A stretch of 64,000 nucleotides of DNA from Macrostomum lignano (taxonomy: Eukaryota): NCBI GenBank assembly GCA_002269645.1, contig NIVC01000040.1:1240001-1304000 (forward strand), in the 5' to 3' direction. A model generated the notes under the pieces. That model saw only the letters and a list, made by a program, of their open reading frames with translations, was not told the origin of the DNA and did no database searches. Shown here in pieces: positions 46,325-60,200 of this stretch. Every line of letters starts with the position of its first letter. Positions within the stretch are counted from its first letter, which is position 1. The position numbers were made by a program, and so were the translations under genes.

Positions 46325-48330
46325 GAAACTAAGCGAGTCGGAGAAAAGAATGCGACTGCGCAACAAATTAAGTCAGCAGGGTGCACAGTGCGTACGGTAC
46401 GGGGAAAGGACAACTTGTTACAATTTGCGCGGCACAGGGGCCGCCATTACCCACCCATTAGCAGGCCTATCTATTACTTTCGTGAGGAGAAAGAAGGCAT
46501 GTATGTGCTCAGTTGTTGTTGTCTGTACGTACGTACTACGTACCATCAAAACCCTAGGGACAGACCAAACCCCGTAAATAAATCCTATCTCTTGAGTTCC
46601 CTTGTGTTGTGAGAATTAAGGATAAGGACTAGGCCTATCATTGTTTGATTGACTATCATATGGTATAGACATCAGTATATTTGCAAATAAAATTTTGAAA
46701 TATTATTTTTTTGCCTTTTGGCTTTTCGATATCTTTGAAAGAATTGTATTATGACCTGTTCTAATTTATAGTTCTTGGCATAGATACTAAGATAGAATTG
46801 TTATATAACTTTTTTTCTAAAATTCCTATCAATGTTATGTTATTATTTTTATTGGAACTTAATACATTTGATAACATGAAAAAGGCAGCTGATGTTGCAT
46901 GTTTAACTTTAATAGTTATATTAAAATAAATGTAGTAATATTTATTGTCCAAAAATCGGGGGCAAGTTTTATGAAAATTCATTTTTTGGCAATTTGAAAG
47001 CAATAAAGCTATAAAATAAATTTATTCAAGTTTTTAAAAAGTAAAAAAGTCTATTAAAGCACAAATTATTTTCGTATTGCTTTATTTTTAATAAAATGAT
47101 TTGGTAAAATGGTAAGTTTAATTATGACCTAAAATGAGTCTAATGAAAATGATAGAAAAGCTATAATAATGTATTTTATTAACTTTAAGTTTAACTATCT
47201 TATAATGTTACACTCTATAATTCTACAACATATTTAACATTATTTTCAAGGGTTTATTTGTTTATCACTTTCGTTACTCTTGACAACGTATATTTTGTAG
47301 AGTTTGTTTGCAATAAATTGTATTCAACGTAAGTTTATTATTTAAACATACAAATTCCCGTAGGATTGGAAAATTGCATTTTACTCAGCTTCTACTAAAG
47401 CGATTTGGAAAATTCTTTTTTTCTTGCATATACACCGTGATGATACATGTTTTAGTGTATTTTCATTGTTCTTCGTCACTTAATGAGCATACAGTAAGCA
47501 TCTGATTTGGATGCCGGGTTCATATTTTGTGGTACCATTTTTTACCCAAAATTTTTAAGTCTAAATATTTACTTTTAGAGAAAGATGTTTGCTGGCAAAC
47601 TTTGCACTTTATATTAGTATGAATTTTCGCAAGTTTATATGGTTTTAGAAAAACTTTGAAATCCTTAGAAATACTTCATCTTTTTGAATTGAATAAAAAG
47701 TAAAACACAGATTACTTTCTGTTCTGTAAGTAGTAAAAAAATTAGCCTTTTCTAAGGCCTACAAGTCTTAAAATTAATTGTTTAATAATGAAAAAAAGTG
47801 AAAAAAAATTGCAAATTGGTCAACTCAGACTTTCAAAATGCTTTTTTTTGTAGTTTTTTCTTCTTTATTCAATAATATAAAACATGAAAACAATAGTTTT
47901 TATCCAGAACTATTTTCTAAAGACCTATCTATCTTTCAAAAACCTTTTTTAGATATATTACTTTCCATCAAATGTTGGCAGATTTGTTTTACCATTTTAT
48001 CCCACGTTTTTGGATTTTGCCATTTTTATTAGGGCAGGTGCACTTTAAAAGATAAGACCCAGTAATGGTTGAAGTGGTAGGTGCATAAGTGGCTCTACAT
48101 TGCCTAAGGCAGACAGAGAATCCATGTTTTGGAAGGAACTTGACAAGCTCAAGCACTTATTCTTCTATCTTGATTAGGGGGGCCATAGCCCAGCAGTAGT
48201 GCAGCTGCTGAGCTGCTCTAATGTGCCAGTGACCCAGGCTTGTTTCCAAGTGCAGTCACATTAATTTAGGGCTGAATTGGAATCTCGGCTTGGCTCTGCT
48301 TGTGTAATTAATGGCCTTGAGAGCTAACCC

Positions 48331-51128
48331 CCCGAGAAAAAAAAACAAACCAAACTTGCTAAGTACTTGGTAAGTCAACAATGCAACCTCGTGGCAAGTA
48401 CCGCCTAAGTACTTTCTAAGTTTTGCAAGTACACTCAATAAACTTTCCAAGCATGCAATGTTTTCTCCAGTCACTTCTCAAGTACTTTCCAAGTATGCAA
48501 TGTTTTCTCCAGTCACTTCTCAAGTACTTTCCAAATATGTAATGTTCTCCAGTCACTTCTCAAGTACTTTCCAAGTATGCAATGTTTCTTAAGTTACTTC
48601 TCAAGTACTTTCCAAGTATGCAATGTTTTCTTAAATCACTTTTCAAGTACCTTCCAAGTATGCAATGTTCACAAGAGCTATAAATACTTATCACATTTCA
48701 AAGTGATTTAGGTGACTTATTTACTAGAGAGTATATGGTTCCAAGTGTGAATGTATAAAATATCTAATTTATCCATAGAGCACTTGGCAAAATGTTGATA
48801 CTCATACCTTGGACTTGCAAAAGTTACAAAGAACAAAAAATAATTCCATCATACAGAATTTCACTTGTTAAAGAAAAAATTCAACAAGCAATAAGAGCTT
48901 TAAAATAACTGTAAAGTGTACTGTTATATTGTATTTAAAGTATTGATGCATATAAAAGTTGCAACTTAACAAATTATTCAGATGATCACAGGCAGAAAAA
49001 TGCAAGACAAAGAAAAAGGAGCATAAAAAATAAATTGCTTAGTCAGGTGCCAATTTTTTGAACAAAATTAGTAAAAAATGAACAATTATACAGCTAACAA
49101 ATCTTCATTGTTTTCAGCAGGTTTTTTAAATGTAGATGATGACGTTTGTAGATGGTAGCTGAAATGGAAATTTAAGTGAATATGAATAATTGGATATTTC
49201 ACAAAAAATTAAACCATGTAAATTTTACCCAGGTAATAGTTCTTAATCTAAAGAAATGCAATCTTTTTGAATGTAATAAATAAGTCTTTAAATATTTTTA
49301 TAGATATATTATAAAATGTAGAAAGTATTGAAATCTAAATATATTCCAAACAAAAATATTACTTTGCTTTTAAATAAAAATTTAATTTAGGAGTTGTCCT
49401 TAATAGACCAATAATAGAACATAGTTTATAAATATACTTAAATATTTTTTTATTATAAATTGCTTAATTTTCTGATCTTAAAATCTAAATCATCAAATAT
49501 ACTAAAAATAAAAATATTCTATAAACTAAAAATAAAATTTTAAGTCTAAATATTTCTAGGCTTATAATTAAAAACTAACTAGGCTTATAATATATTTCTA
49601 ATAAGCTAAAGACAATTTATTAGAATGATTATAATTACAATAGGGCCTAATCAACAGATATCCTAAGACCTAATAAAACAATATTATTACTACTAATCTA
49701 TTATCAATAATAAAAGTCAAAAATGTGCAATCAAAATTAATAACATAGCCTGGATAATTCTAGTCCAGCTATGCTGTCTAAAACTAAAAGTAAAAAACAA
49801 AGTATTTTTACTTTGAAGCATTTCTTGCACTTTTTATAATGACATTAAATCTGAAACTGAAGATTAAAAACAGAAGCTAAAAGGCAAGACTGTAAACAAG
49901 GTCAAGGTTAGATAAGGGAGGCCAGATGATTTTTCCTATATATATACTAACCATTATGTAGATCAAGACAATAATTCTTAAGTCACAACTCATAGAAGTT
50001 AGTTTTAAAATTTTATCTATATTTATATTCTGAGTCAGTATCAGTATTATACTAAGCCCATATGACTATAATATTAGCCCCCTAAAAAACTTCTAGATCT
50101 AGTTAAAGAAGCCAAGAAGGCAGGCCTATGCCTATAGGGCATAGTGGGTAGGCTGGCCTACTGGGCCATATAAAATGTCAATTACAATAACTATAGTCAG
50201 CCAATTGTTGAGTGACAAGGTATATCAACTACTATATAAAATAAAATTGGCAACAAATAATTGCTAAAAGGCCTATCTAACTAAAGCCTAACTTTGAAAA
50301 GAAAGATAAAAGGACAATTTTACACAAACCTATGCGAAAGTGAAAATTAGAATTTTCATTTCGAATTTTGATAGTTTAAACAAATTAAATAATAATCATT
50401 TGCCCCAAACAATATAAGATGTAATATTCATTTCATTTGTTAATGAAACAAACACTCAAGAATCAGTAAATACTGATATTTTAGCAAAACATCCTAAAAT
50501 TTTTATCATAATAGATTAGTAAAAGAATTAAAGTCTTGCAATGTGCAATTGTCTAAATGTATTAAATAGAGTCTTTTCATGTAAATTATGCAATCCAAAA
50601 GAATGTTTGCCTTTTACGGAAAACTATCTTTGATGATGCAGCTAGCCAAGCTCATAAATATTCCCAAAGAAAAATACAAACACCTTCGGGATGTATAGCT
50701 GTAGCTGTATTAAAAAATTCCAAGGAATAGCCATATAATCATTTTTTGTGAGCAGGAGCGATGTCAGCTAAATAAAAGCTGTTATCCTGCTGGTAAAAAA
50801 GGTGTATGTACGGATTTTGCAAACTTGGAAAGTCAACCAAGTAGGCTCTACTTTGGATACTTTCCAAGTACTTGGATGTAGACATCGGAAGTGTACTTTG
50901 CAAACTTGGAAAGTCGAACCAAGTAGGCTCTACTTTGGATACTTTCTAAGTACTTGGATGTAGACATTGGAAGTGTACTTTGCAAACTTGGAAAGTCGAT
51001 TGAAGTTGGGTAAAAACATTGCATACTTTTTAAGTATATGACAATGATACTTTGCAAACTTGGTAAGTCAACAATGTCATCCAAGTACATGGTTGACTTG
51101 GAAATTTTAGCATGTTTTTTTTCCCAGG
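48331..51128. mobile_element. Non-autonomous CMC/EnSpm-like element, about 2.8 kb
   Basis: Ends CCCGAGAAAAAAA and TTTTTTTCCCAGG. AAGTACTT/CCAAGT subterminal repeats at 48350-48670 and 50815-51110, with an AT-rich interior. It interrupts a sequence that is contiguous in the copy at 63840-64000 (reverse complement). The TSD is ambiguous within a C-run. Confidence 0.55.
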
Positions 51129-51555
51129 CCCCCAAGGCGCAGTGAAATGTACATGCCTAGGCCTAACAATAAAATTAGGGCCGCAGCCGCTATATACTCC
51201 TGTGTGAGTGTGCCTGCATACATATCCGCGCACTTGTATGCCTGCTCAGGGGAATTGGTGGAATGGGCAGTAATGCCTCTTACTGGTTGTGTGCCTATGT
51301 TGCTTAAAGTGCGCCAGGGTACATACAATCCCACAAAAAGCAAAACACAGAATGCTAGCCAAGCAGAACCAGCAGCAAGAAGCTGGCAAGTAGTAGGCAG
51401 CTGATACCAACTAGGACGCCAACTGTCGAAGCCAACTATAGGGACGCCAAGCAGCAAAAGCAGTAGCAACAACAACAGCAAACAGGCTGGTAGTACCTGC
51501 CTCTAAATAAATCTATCTTGATTAGTTGAAGTATTTGGTTCCGGTTACTTCCCTG

Positions 51556-52180
51556 TCAGTCGCGTGAGCTGTCTACCTTGAGCTCCTCTGGGAAGTCTCT
51601 GGGTTGATCTAGTAGCGTTGGTAGTGCTGCCACCAGCTTTGCAAAGTTGCAGCCTTCAGTGAGATGCTGAGCTCGTAGAAGCAAATAACTAAGACGAGAA
51701 AAAGAGACTTGCACTTTGTGCAGATTTTGCAGTTCTCGCGTAGAGATGCCCACCATCAGCAGTCCCTGCCGGGCTGGTGCGGGGTGAGAGCAAAAGTGCT
51801 AGCTTCGGGCGATCTGAGCTGGCCTGCTAATGGATAGCAGGAGCACGGCAGCAGGCACATGCAAAGTCAGGAGTTTTGGAGTTCAATTTAAGTGCAAACT
51901 TGGCACACAAACTTAGAGTGTTCGCTAGATGAGGAGAACTGGTTTGGAGCTCTGGAATGGAGGAAAGGTCAGCCTGAGCCAAGCCATGAGAGGGGCTACA
52001 TTTATAGGGAGGATCGATTGCACCATAGCACGAAAGGCCCCCGCTGAGAGTCATAAGTGACTCTGTTGCTATTTTTAGCAACAAACAAGCGGGCCCTGCC
52101 TCAGAGGAGGCAAGGGGGGGTCTAGGCACACATGATCTCCCCATAAACATGAGCCCAGCGTACAATGATGAAATCATTGC
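51556..52180 (-). pseudogene. Degenerate LINE RT N-terminal fragment
   Basis: GISTRELQ...LTEGCNFAKLVAALP loosely resembles PG.DGI...L...LP..WK.A.VV.LPK. Confidence 0.3.
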
Positions 52181-53498
52181 ACTTTGGACTAAAGAAGGAA
52201 GAAGGCCTTGTCATGTGACTGACTCACATGACAAGGGGAAAAGGCCCACAAGTGAAGGCACTCGTGACCGTGGGACCGGAAAACAGAAAAGCACTCCAAA
52301 TTTGGAGATGCCTGACAGAGAACAAAACAGAGGCAGGCCAGACCAAGCTGTCTGGGCACTGCAAAAAGGGAAAACGAAACAAAGGGGGCAAACGAGGACA
52401 AACAGACAGACAGGCAAATGGGCAAGGGACAGGCTAGAGGACAGGTGGGAGGGACAGGCAACTGCCCAGCGGCAGACAGAAACCTGGGGCGAGGGCGAGG
52501 GCAACAGCTAACTAGTGCGGTGCCTAACTAAACTAGTGACTCACTACATAGTATCCTATATCCATGCTTTTTAGTGCCTTGCATTTTGGTGCTCCAGTTT
52601 GCTTTTTAGTGCCTAAGTCAAAGATGAGCCCTGATTTAACATTAAGTGCTTTGCAGTTCTTCTTTGCTTTCTAAAGTACTGTTCAATTTGTTAGGCTGAC
52701 CTGCTAGCCTATTTTAATTTTTTAAAAGTCTTGTTTCATTTAATTTATTGTTTTGATTTCTTGAAAAATCAAAATATGATTGCATGTTACTCAAGAAATC
52801 AATGCTAAAATAGATCTGTCTCAATATTATTATATCAAACTATATGTAACATTATTGGTAATATATTTTCTTAACCAAACATCTAATTCCTAGTTTTACT
52901 AAGCCCTAAGCCCTAGTTTTACTAATTCTAAATGTTAGATATACCTATTATCATTTAAGATAATGTTCCAATTATGGATCAATTGTGATCATGCATCATG
53001 GTCATCACAAAAACTAGGATCATGGGATAAAAATCATGCATGGTCTTTTGCCAATCACAATTTATGAATTTTATAAATTAAACCTTATTTTTCAAAAGTT
53101 TTTTATGGAAATGATTGTGAAAAACAAACTGAAATTGCAACAAATCAGTGCAGACAGATATAACAAAGCCATATAATAAAATACAGTCAAACAATTGACA
53201 TGATAAAACAAAGCTTAAAAATTATACTATACTTGATAGTATTAATACTAATAATAGTTCTGTGCTTAAATTAAAATATAGGCCTATGTTATAAAAAATT
53301 CATAGTCATACACATTTTCATGCATTGTCTAGTTCTAATCATGCATAAAAATAAAATCATAGTTGGTCAATCCCTAGTTATAATAGGGATATTTATTCGA
53401 TCCTAGGTTATTTGACCATTTATGATTAAGCCACCAAGTTATAACATGTCTTTAATGTATATATTTATTTCTAAGAATTGTTAGTAGAATATAGTTAA

Positions 53499-54285
53499 GG
53501 CTCATTCCATATAAGATGGACATATTTGGAAAATAGAAAAAAGTCTATATTTTTGCTTGCCATTGCCTAATTAGCCTATTTTTTTACCAAATGTTTATAT
53601 TGTGCAATATATACAATCTAAGAATAAAGGAATGGTAAAATGTTGGATTAGTATGTTATCAATTGGCAAAAAGTCATTTTTATAAAAATTTGGACATTTT
53701 TCGAAGCAAAAGACATCATTAAGATTTTGTACCTTTTAAAAACAAATAGAAAGCTTTTGAAGGTTGAAACAAACTATAGATAAAAGTATAGTACTTGCAT
53801 CATTAGATAAAAGCATTAGTGACCAAATAATCTATTATATTTTTAATGTATTAGTACCTCAAAGTTACTGAATTGACAGAAAAAAATATGTTACGACCAT
53901 AATGTTACGACCATAAGGCTGCCTTTTCTTTTGTATCTTTGTTGCCTTTTGAGTTTATATATTCTAATAAAAGAGTATGATTTCTAAAGATGTTCTTAGT
54001 CAAATTTAAAAAAATGTATTGCAAAATATCAAAAATGAAAAATGTTATAAGACTTTTACCTTTTAGTTTCTATATGTCAAAAATCCTGTCGTTACAACCA
54101 TAAGTGTCATTTAAGGTTTAATAGCATCTATACTAATGATGATATCTATATGGAACTCTATAAATATATTCTAGACAAAATAATCTTTCATTTAAAATAT
54201 TGGTTTAGTATATTCTATTATTAGATTTCATTTTATAAGTAAAAATAACCTGTCATGTTACGACCATGCTTATATGGAATGAGCC
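53499..54285. mobile_element. Kolobok-like non-autonomous element, 787 bp, TTAA target
   Basis: Perfect 17-bp TIRs GGCTCATTCCATATAAG and CTTATATGGAATGAGCC. TTAA at 53495-53498 and 54286-54289. GG termini fit Kolobok rather than piggyBac (CC). Confidence 0.75.
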
Positions 54286-55521
54286 TTAAGTTTTCTAATT
54301 TCAATAGTAATAAATTTTTGGTAGTGTATATATTTGTAGAAAATATTTTGTAAATTAAAGCAAAAATATTTTTGAACTTTTTAGTTGCTTTTTTAAGAAG
54401 GTAAAAACACTTTTAAGAGTTTCTTTCTTTAATATAAATTTTTGAATAAAAGAAAAGTATAGTGAAAAATAATAAAAAAACAAGTGTACTAGTCAAGGAC
54501 AACTCAAGTAGAATAGAAACTACAGTTCTTATAAAACATTAAGGAGGCTGGTTCTTACCAAAAATACACTATGGAGATAAGAACTTTTCATGGTTTTTCA
54601 TATTAAAATTTTTATTGATTTTGATAGCTTGCAAACCTAATGTTTATATATATTTTGCCTTTTTTATAGCTCTTTTGATTTTTTTATAAAGCTTTTGTTC
54701 AGAAAATAAGGATTCTATGTCAATTTGTTATTATTAATTAAAGCTTATTAAAGTATTAAATTATGATTAAAATATATTATTTATTAAATAAAATAACATC
54801 TGCTGTGGTAGGCTTACTACTGGCACCTTGGGCAAGATTGACAAGCAGACAATCTTTTCAAAGGTGGCACTTCTACTAGTATAGCAATTTACATTAGTTT
54901 ATTGCAGCTCTTACTGCATACAATTGCATAGGTGTGGCTTCAAAGTGTTCTAAAAAAGTGGCCTTCTTTTTCTCTGGCTAATTGGCTTAGCTTAGAGCTA
55001 TGGTGGGCAATGACATGTTTGGCTTTGGCTGCTTGTTAACAGGGTTTTTACCACGGGGTCTCAAGCAAGTTTGTATTTTCAAATTTTAATTATGCATATG
55101 TTATTTGTTATCATATAGTTTTATGGGTTAAGGTACAGAAACAATGCACAGATTGCACAAAAGTTGTGTATAAATTGTCTTTCAAAATTGTTTTCCAAGG
55201 CATGCTATGCCACCTTCCTGACCATGGTTACTTATTGCTTATATTTTATAGTATATATTTAACTTACTATAATTAAAAAGTCTAATAATAGCCAGTAACA
55301 AACTATTCAAGTTTGTTTCACCTACTTAATTTTTTACTACTCATCTTGAGCTTGGCTAAAAAATCTAAAAAATCCAAATTCCTAAGTAGAGTATGTCTAA
55401 CCTAAATAAAATAATAATCTTCAATTTAAAAATGTTTTCAATGTTTACCCATTGGCTTATTTTATCAATGCTAAAATAACACATATTCACAATATTATTA
55501 ATTTCTAGCAGCTCATTTAAC

Positions 55522-57164
55522 ATGTCAGCCAAAGCAATCTATGAGAACAAGGGCAAAGAGTTGCTCTACAAGCATCTGAAATCTGATGGCCTGTCAGCTA
55601 TGCCATCCATTATTGTAACTGGCAAGACCAATTGGCAGACTTTAGAATCCGAAAATGATTGGCTTAAGTCTGGGGTAAGTTTACATTGATAAAACTTAGA
55701 GTACTTCTTGTACTTTGATATACAGGTCCTATTGTTTCTCACCCTTCATTTGTGTACTACAGAAGCTGGTTTGCAAGCCTGACCAGTTAATTAAACGACG
55801 CGGCAAACTCGGCTTGGTTTGCGCTGGTTCCGACCTAGCTGGGGTGCAGCAATTCGTGCAAGCCCGCGTTGATAAATCTTTTGAGGTGAGACCGCCAACT
55901 TCTATTTAGGTCGGCTGTAGTCCTGTAATAACTTCCCTGTTCTGTTTGTCTGAGTAGATTGGCCTGGCACACTCCTTAGCTGCTGTTGTGAATTCAAAAT
56001 AATGAGTGAATCGTGAATCACTTCCTAGCTGCTGTTTGGGATAGTCTTTTGTGATAATCTGTCACTCCCTAACTGCTCCCTGTGTTTAGTCTGTCACTCC
56101 CTAACTGCTCCCTGTGTTTAGTCTGTCACTCCCTAACTGCTCCCTGTGTTTAATCTGTCACTCCCTAGCTGTCCCCTGTGTTTAGTCTGTCACTCCCTAG
56201 CTGCTCCCTGTGTTTAGTCTGTCACTCCCTAACTGCTCCCTGTGTTTAGTCTGTCACTCCCTAGCTGCTCCCTGTGTTTGGTCTGTCACTCCCTAACTGC
56301 TCCCTGTGTTTGATCTGTCACTCCCTAACTGCTCCCTGTGTTTGATCTGTCACTCCCTAACTGCTCTCTGTGTTTGGTCTGTCACTCCCTAACTGCTCCC
56401 TGTGTTTGATCTGTCACTCCCTAGCTGCTCCATGTCACTCTCTATCTGCTCCATGTCACTCTCTATCTGCTCCATGTCACTCTCTAGCTGCTCCCTGTCA
56501 CTCTCTAGCTGCTCCATGTCACCCTCTAGCTGCTCCATGTCACTCTCTAGCTGCTCCATGTCACTCTCTAGCTGCTCCATGTCACCCTCTAGCTGCTCCA
56601 TGTCACTCTCTAGCTGCTCCATGTCACCCTCTAGCTGCTCCATAGTTACGCACTAGCTGATCGCACTAGTTAAAGAGAAAGAGCAGAAACTACTAGCAGT
56701 TTATTAATATCTATAAATGTTATTGCAATGTTATCATTAATTTTAAATAGTTTAAGCCTACCAGAATGGCCCGGTAATAGTTGCATGCATAGCTTTTCTC
56801 TGCGCGTCAAAAAAGACCTTTGAACTCTGGCTGGTTTGAGGCTTGAGCGGCTTAGTTTACAGGTTGGTAACAAGAAGTGGAAGTTAGGTAGAAGAAAAGC
56901 TCATTAATTTCTGTTCTGAAATTTCATTTTAATCAGGCCATTTTACGCACTAAAATTGGCTACTGTAATTATAAAACGAACTTGCTTTGAGAAGCCCTGT
57001 GGTTTTCCTCTCTCTGGCCGAAAAAAAGACTTGAGACTTTCGCTTGAGCTTGAGAGTACATCGGGATGGAGAGAGAGACTTACTGACCTCTCCCTTCTCT
57101 CTTCTGTCTGTCTCCCCTAGCAAACTCGCTCATTCCTTCTTTTTACTTCTCTTCTCTGGCTGCT

Positions 57165-57236
<72 letters not shown>

Positions 57237-60200
57237 ACTACGCAAGGATGAAGCTTTTCCCCGGGAACTGGGAGAAAGCTTGAGCAGCTAGTACAAGAGT
57301 GGAGAGGGATAGACCCAGAGGGGGATAGAGAGAACGCACTTGTTCGAAATCTAATCGAATTTGCTGAAGAAGTGGCCGAAGCAGTTTTGATAATATATAT
57401 AAGACTGGAAAGTGCATCGGCCTTGCTCATTGATTGCCTGTGTGTAGCGTTTTATTCTATTTCCAAATTTAATTTAGTTAGTCATGCTCCTACTACTCTA
57501 CTATTAGTGCCATCGATAAGTAGTGCAATACGGATTATTTGTGTCCCCTTTTCTTTTGCCAAAATTTCAGATTGGCAAAACTCAAGGCCTATTGAAACGA
57601 TTCATTATCGAGCCGTTTGTTGCTCACGAACAGGTTTGTTAGTTTTTTATGTAATAACCATTAAAATAATTGGGCTTAATGTATATTTTTTGTTCGGCAA
57701 ATTCAGAATGAAGAGTTCTATCTGTGCATCCTGAGCGAGCGGCAGCACGATATTATTCTATTCCATCACGAGGGCGGAGTTGATATTGGCAATGTTGAGG
57801 ATAAGGTGATTTTTGTTTCTTACGGCCAGTCACAAATTTCGCTTGAAATTTACTTTAATCTACTTATAGTAGGCAAAATTACAATTTGTTTTTTTACATT
57901 TTCACTAAAAAGGCTCTCCGACTTGAAGTTCCGATTGACACTAAAGCTGCCGACTGCAACATTGCCTCTCTGCTTACCGGCATCAAGGATGCTCAAGTGC
58001 AAAGGTAAATTGTGTTATTTTTTCGTGAAATTTATCTTGTTATTTTATCATGTTTAGCTTGTTATTTTGATTTATGGCTATTAATGCTTCATATGGCACT
58101 CTACCTCTCTCCTTTCCTACTTATCTACCTCTCCTTCCGTCATCTACCTCTCATTCCATTATCTACCTCTCCCTTCCTACTCATCTACCTCTCCTTCCGT
58201 CATCTACCTCTCATTCCTTTATCTACCTCTCCCTTCCTACTCATCTACCTCTCCTTCCGTCATCTACCTCTCATTCCATTATCTACCTCTCCCTTCCTAC
58301 TCATCTACCTCTCCTTCCGTCATCTACCTCTCATTCCATTATCTACCTCTCCCTTCCTACTCATCTACCTCTCCTTCCGTCATCTACCTCTCCTTTCGTC
58401 ATCTACCTCTCATTCCATTATCTACCTCTCCTTCCATCACCTACCTCTCCTTCCGTCATCTACCTCTCATTCCTTTATCTACCTCTCCCTTCCTACTCAT
58501 CTACCTCTCCTTCCGTCATCTACCTCTCCTTTCGTCATCTACCTCTCATTCCATTATCTACCTTTCCTTCCATCACCTACCTCTCCTTCCATCATCTACC
58601 TCTCCTTTCATCACCTACCTCTCCTTCTATCACCTACCTCTCCTTCCGTCATCTACCTCTCCTTCCGTCATCTACCTCTCCTTTCGTCATCTACCTCTCA
58701 TTCCATTATCTACCTCTCCTTCCATCACCTACATGTACCTCTCCTTCCGTCATCTACCTTTCCTTCCATCACCTACCTCTCCTTCCATCATCTACCTCTC
58801 CTTCCATCACCTACCTCTCCTTCCATCACCTACCTCTCCTTCCGTCATCTACCTCTACCTCTACCTTCCGGCATAAGCTTCGGATGTTAGAGCCAAAACA
58901 AGAAAAAAACACAATCTTGTTAGAAGTTAGCTTTTATATTTCCCTACTATAATATGATACAATATATTGAGCTCTTCGAACTTTCAAATTTGCCAGCTAA
59001 ATCTACTTTTTTGCCAAATCAAAGCATTCCCCAAGCGCGCGCGCACCCTAGGGCTAAGCTAATCTGATTAACAATGCAAGCTTCATCATAGTCAATTTTA
59101 ACTGACTGCCTGCGTTTGAGTTTGAGCTTCATAATCAGAGACCGGGGTGACTTAATCACGGGTCCCCCGGTTTATAGGATAATATTTACTGAACTAGTCT
59201 TTGTGTATAAAATATATCCAAATATATATGGAGATATATGATGGAATTTGTGCCAAACAGCTAGACAGCTATGGGCTCGACCCTGACTTAGTGCTTGTCC
59301 CGTTTCGCATCAACTGCTCTCTGAGTTAAAGAGGGAGAGAGAGAGAGAGATGGGGCTTGGATGCTGGGATCTGTCTAAGCGGCACTGATCCGTGCAAATG
59401 CAAAAAAACTAGAAATGCCAATTCTGTCTTCCGCTTTCTAATGCTGTACCTGCATCATGCACCTGTCAGTCTGTTTTAGATAACTTTTTTCCTTGGTTTG
59501 AAAGTTAAAACTAAAGTTGAACCGCGATTGAGAATTGTCATGGTTTGTTTCTCAAACTCTTATAGTTTCACTCTCTCGCTCCGCCCCCACACCTCTCTGT
59601 CCTTCATTCATTTTCCGCCCTCTACCCCTCTACATCCATCTCTACTCAGCTCCTTCCGCCCTCTACTTTACTCCGCTCCTTCCATCATCGATCCCTTCTT
59701 CCGCCCCCTACTCTGCTGTTTCCGCACTATGCCCCTCTTCGTCCACCTCTACTCCGCTCCTTCTACCCCTACTCCCTGTCTTCCGCTCTCTACTCCGCTC
59801 CTTCCATCCCTACTCCCTGTTTTCCGCCCTCTACTCTGCTCCTTCCACCCCTACTCCCTGTTTTCCGCCCTCTACTCCGCTCCTTCCATCCCTACTCCCT
59901 GTCTTCCGCCCTCTACTCCGCTCATTCCGCCATCCAACTTCTTCCGCCCCCTACCCTTCTTCTTCCGCCCCTACCCTTCTTCTTCCGCCCCCTACCATTC
60001 TTCTTCCAACCCCTACCCTTCTTCTTCCGCCCCTACCCTTCTTCTTCCGCCCCCTACCATTCTTCTTCCACCCCCTACCCTTCTTCTTCCGCCCTCCGCC
60101 CTTCTTCCGCGCTATGCCCCGCTTTGTCTACCACTAATCCGCTCCTTCCGCCCTCTATCCCTCTCTTTCCGCCCTCCGCTCGTCCCCTTTCACCCTCCAA

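Larger units (their letters stand above)
38295..46422 (-). mobile_element. Full-length Ty3/Gypsy LTR retrotransposon with TSD ATTT
   Basis: 3' LTR 38295-38614; 5' LTR 45074-46422 (the same 320 bp split by a 1-kb insert). TG...CA ends; ATTT at 38291-38294 and 46423-46426. PBS TGGCGACCACG at 45061-45071 (-); purine tract GAAGGAGGGAG next to the 3' LTR. Domain order gag-PR-RT-RH-INT. Confidence 0.95.
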
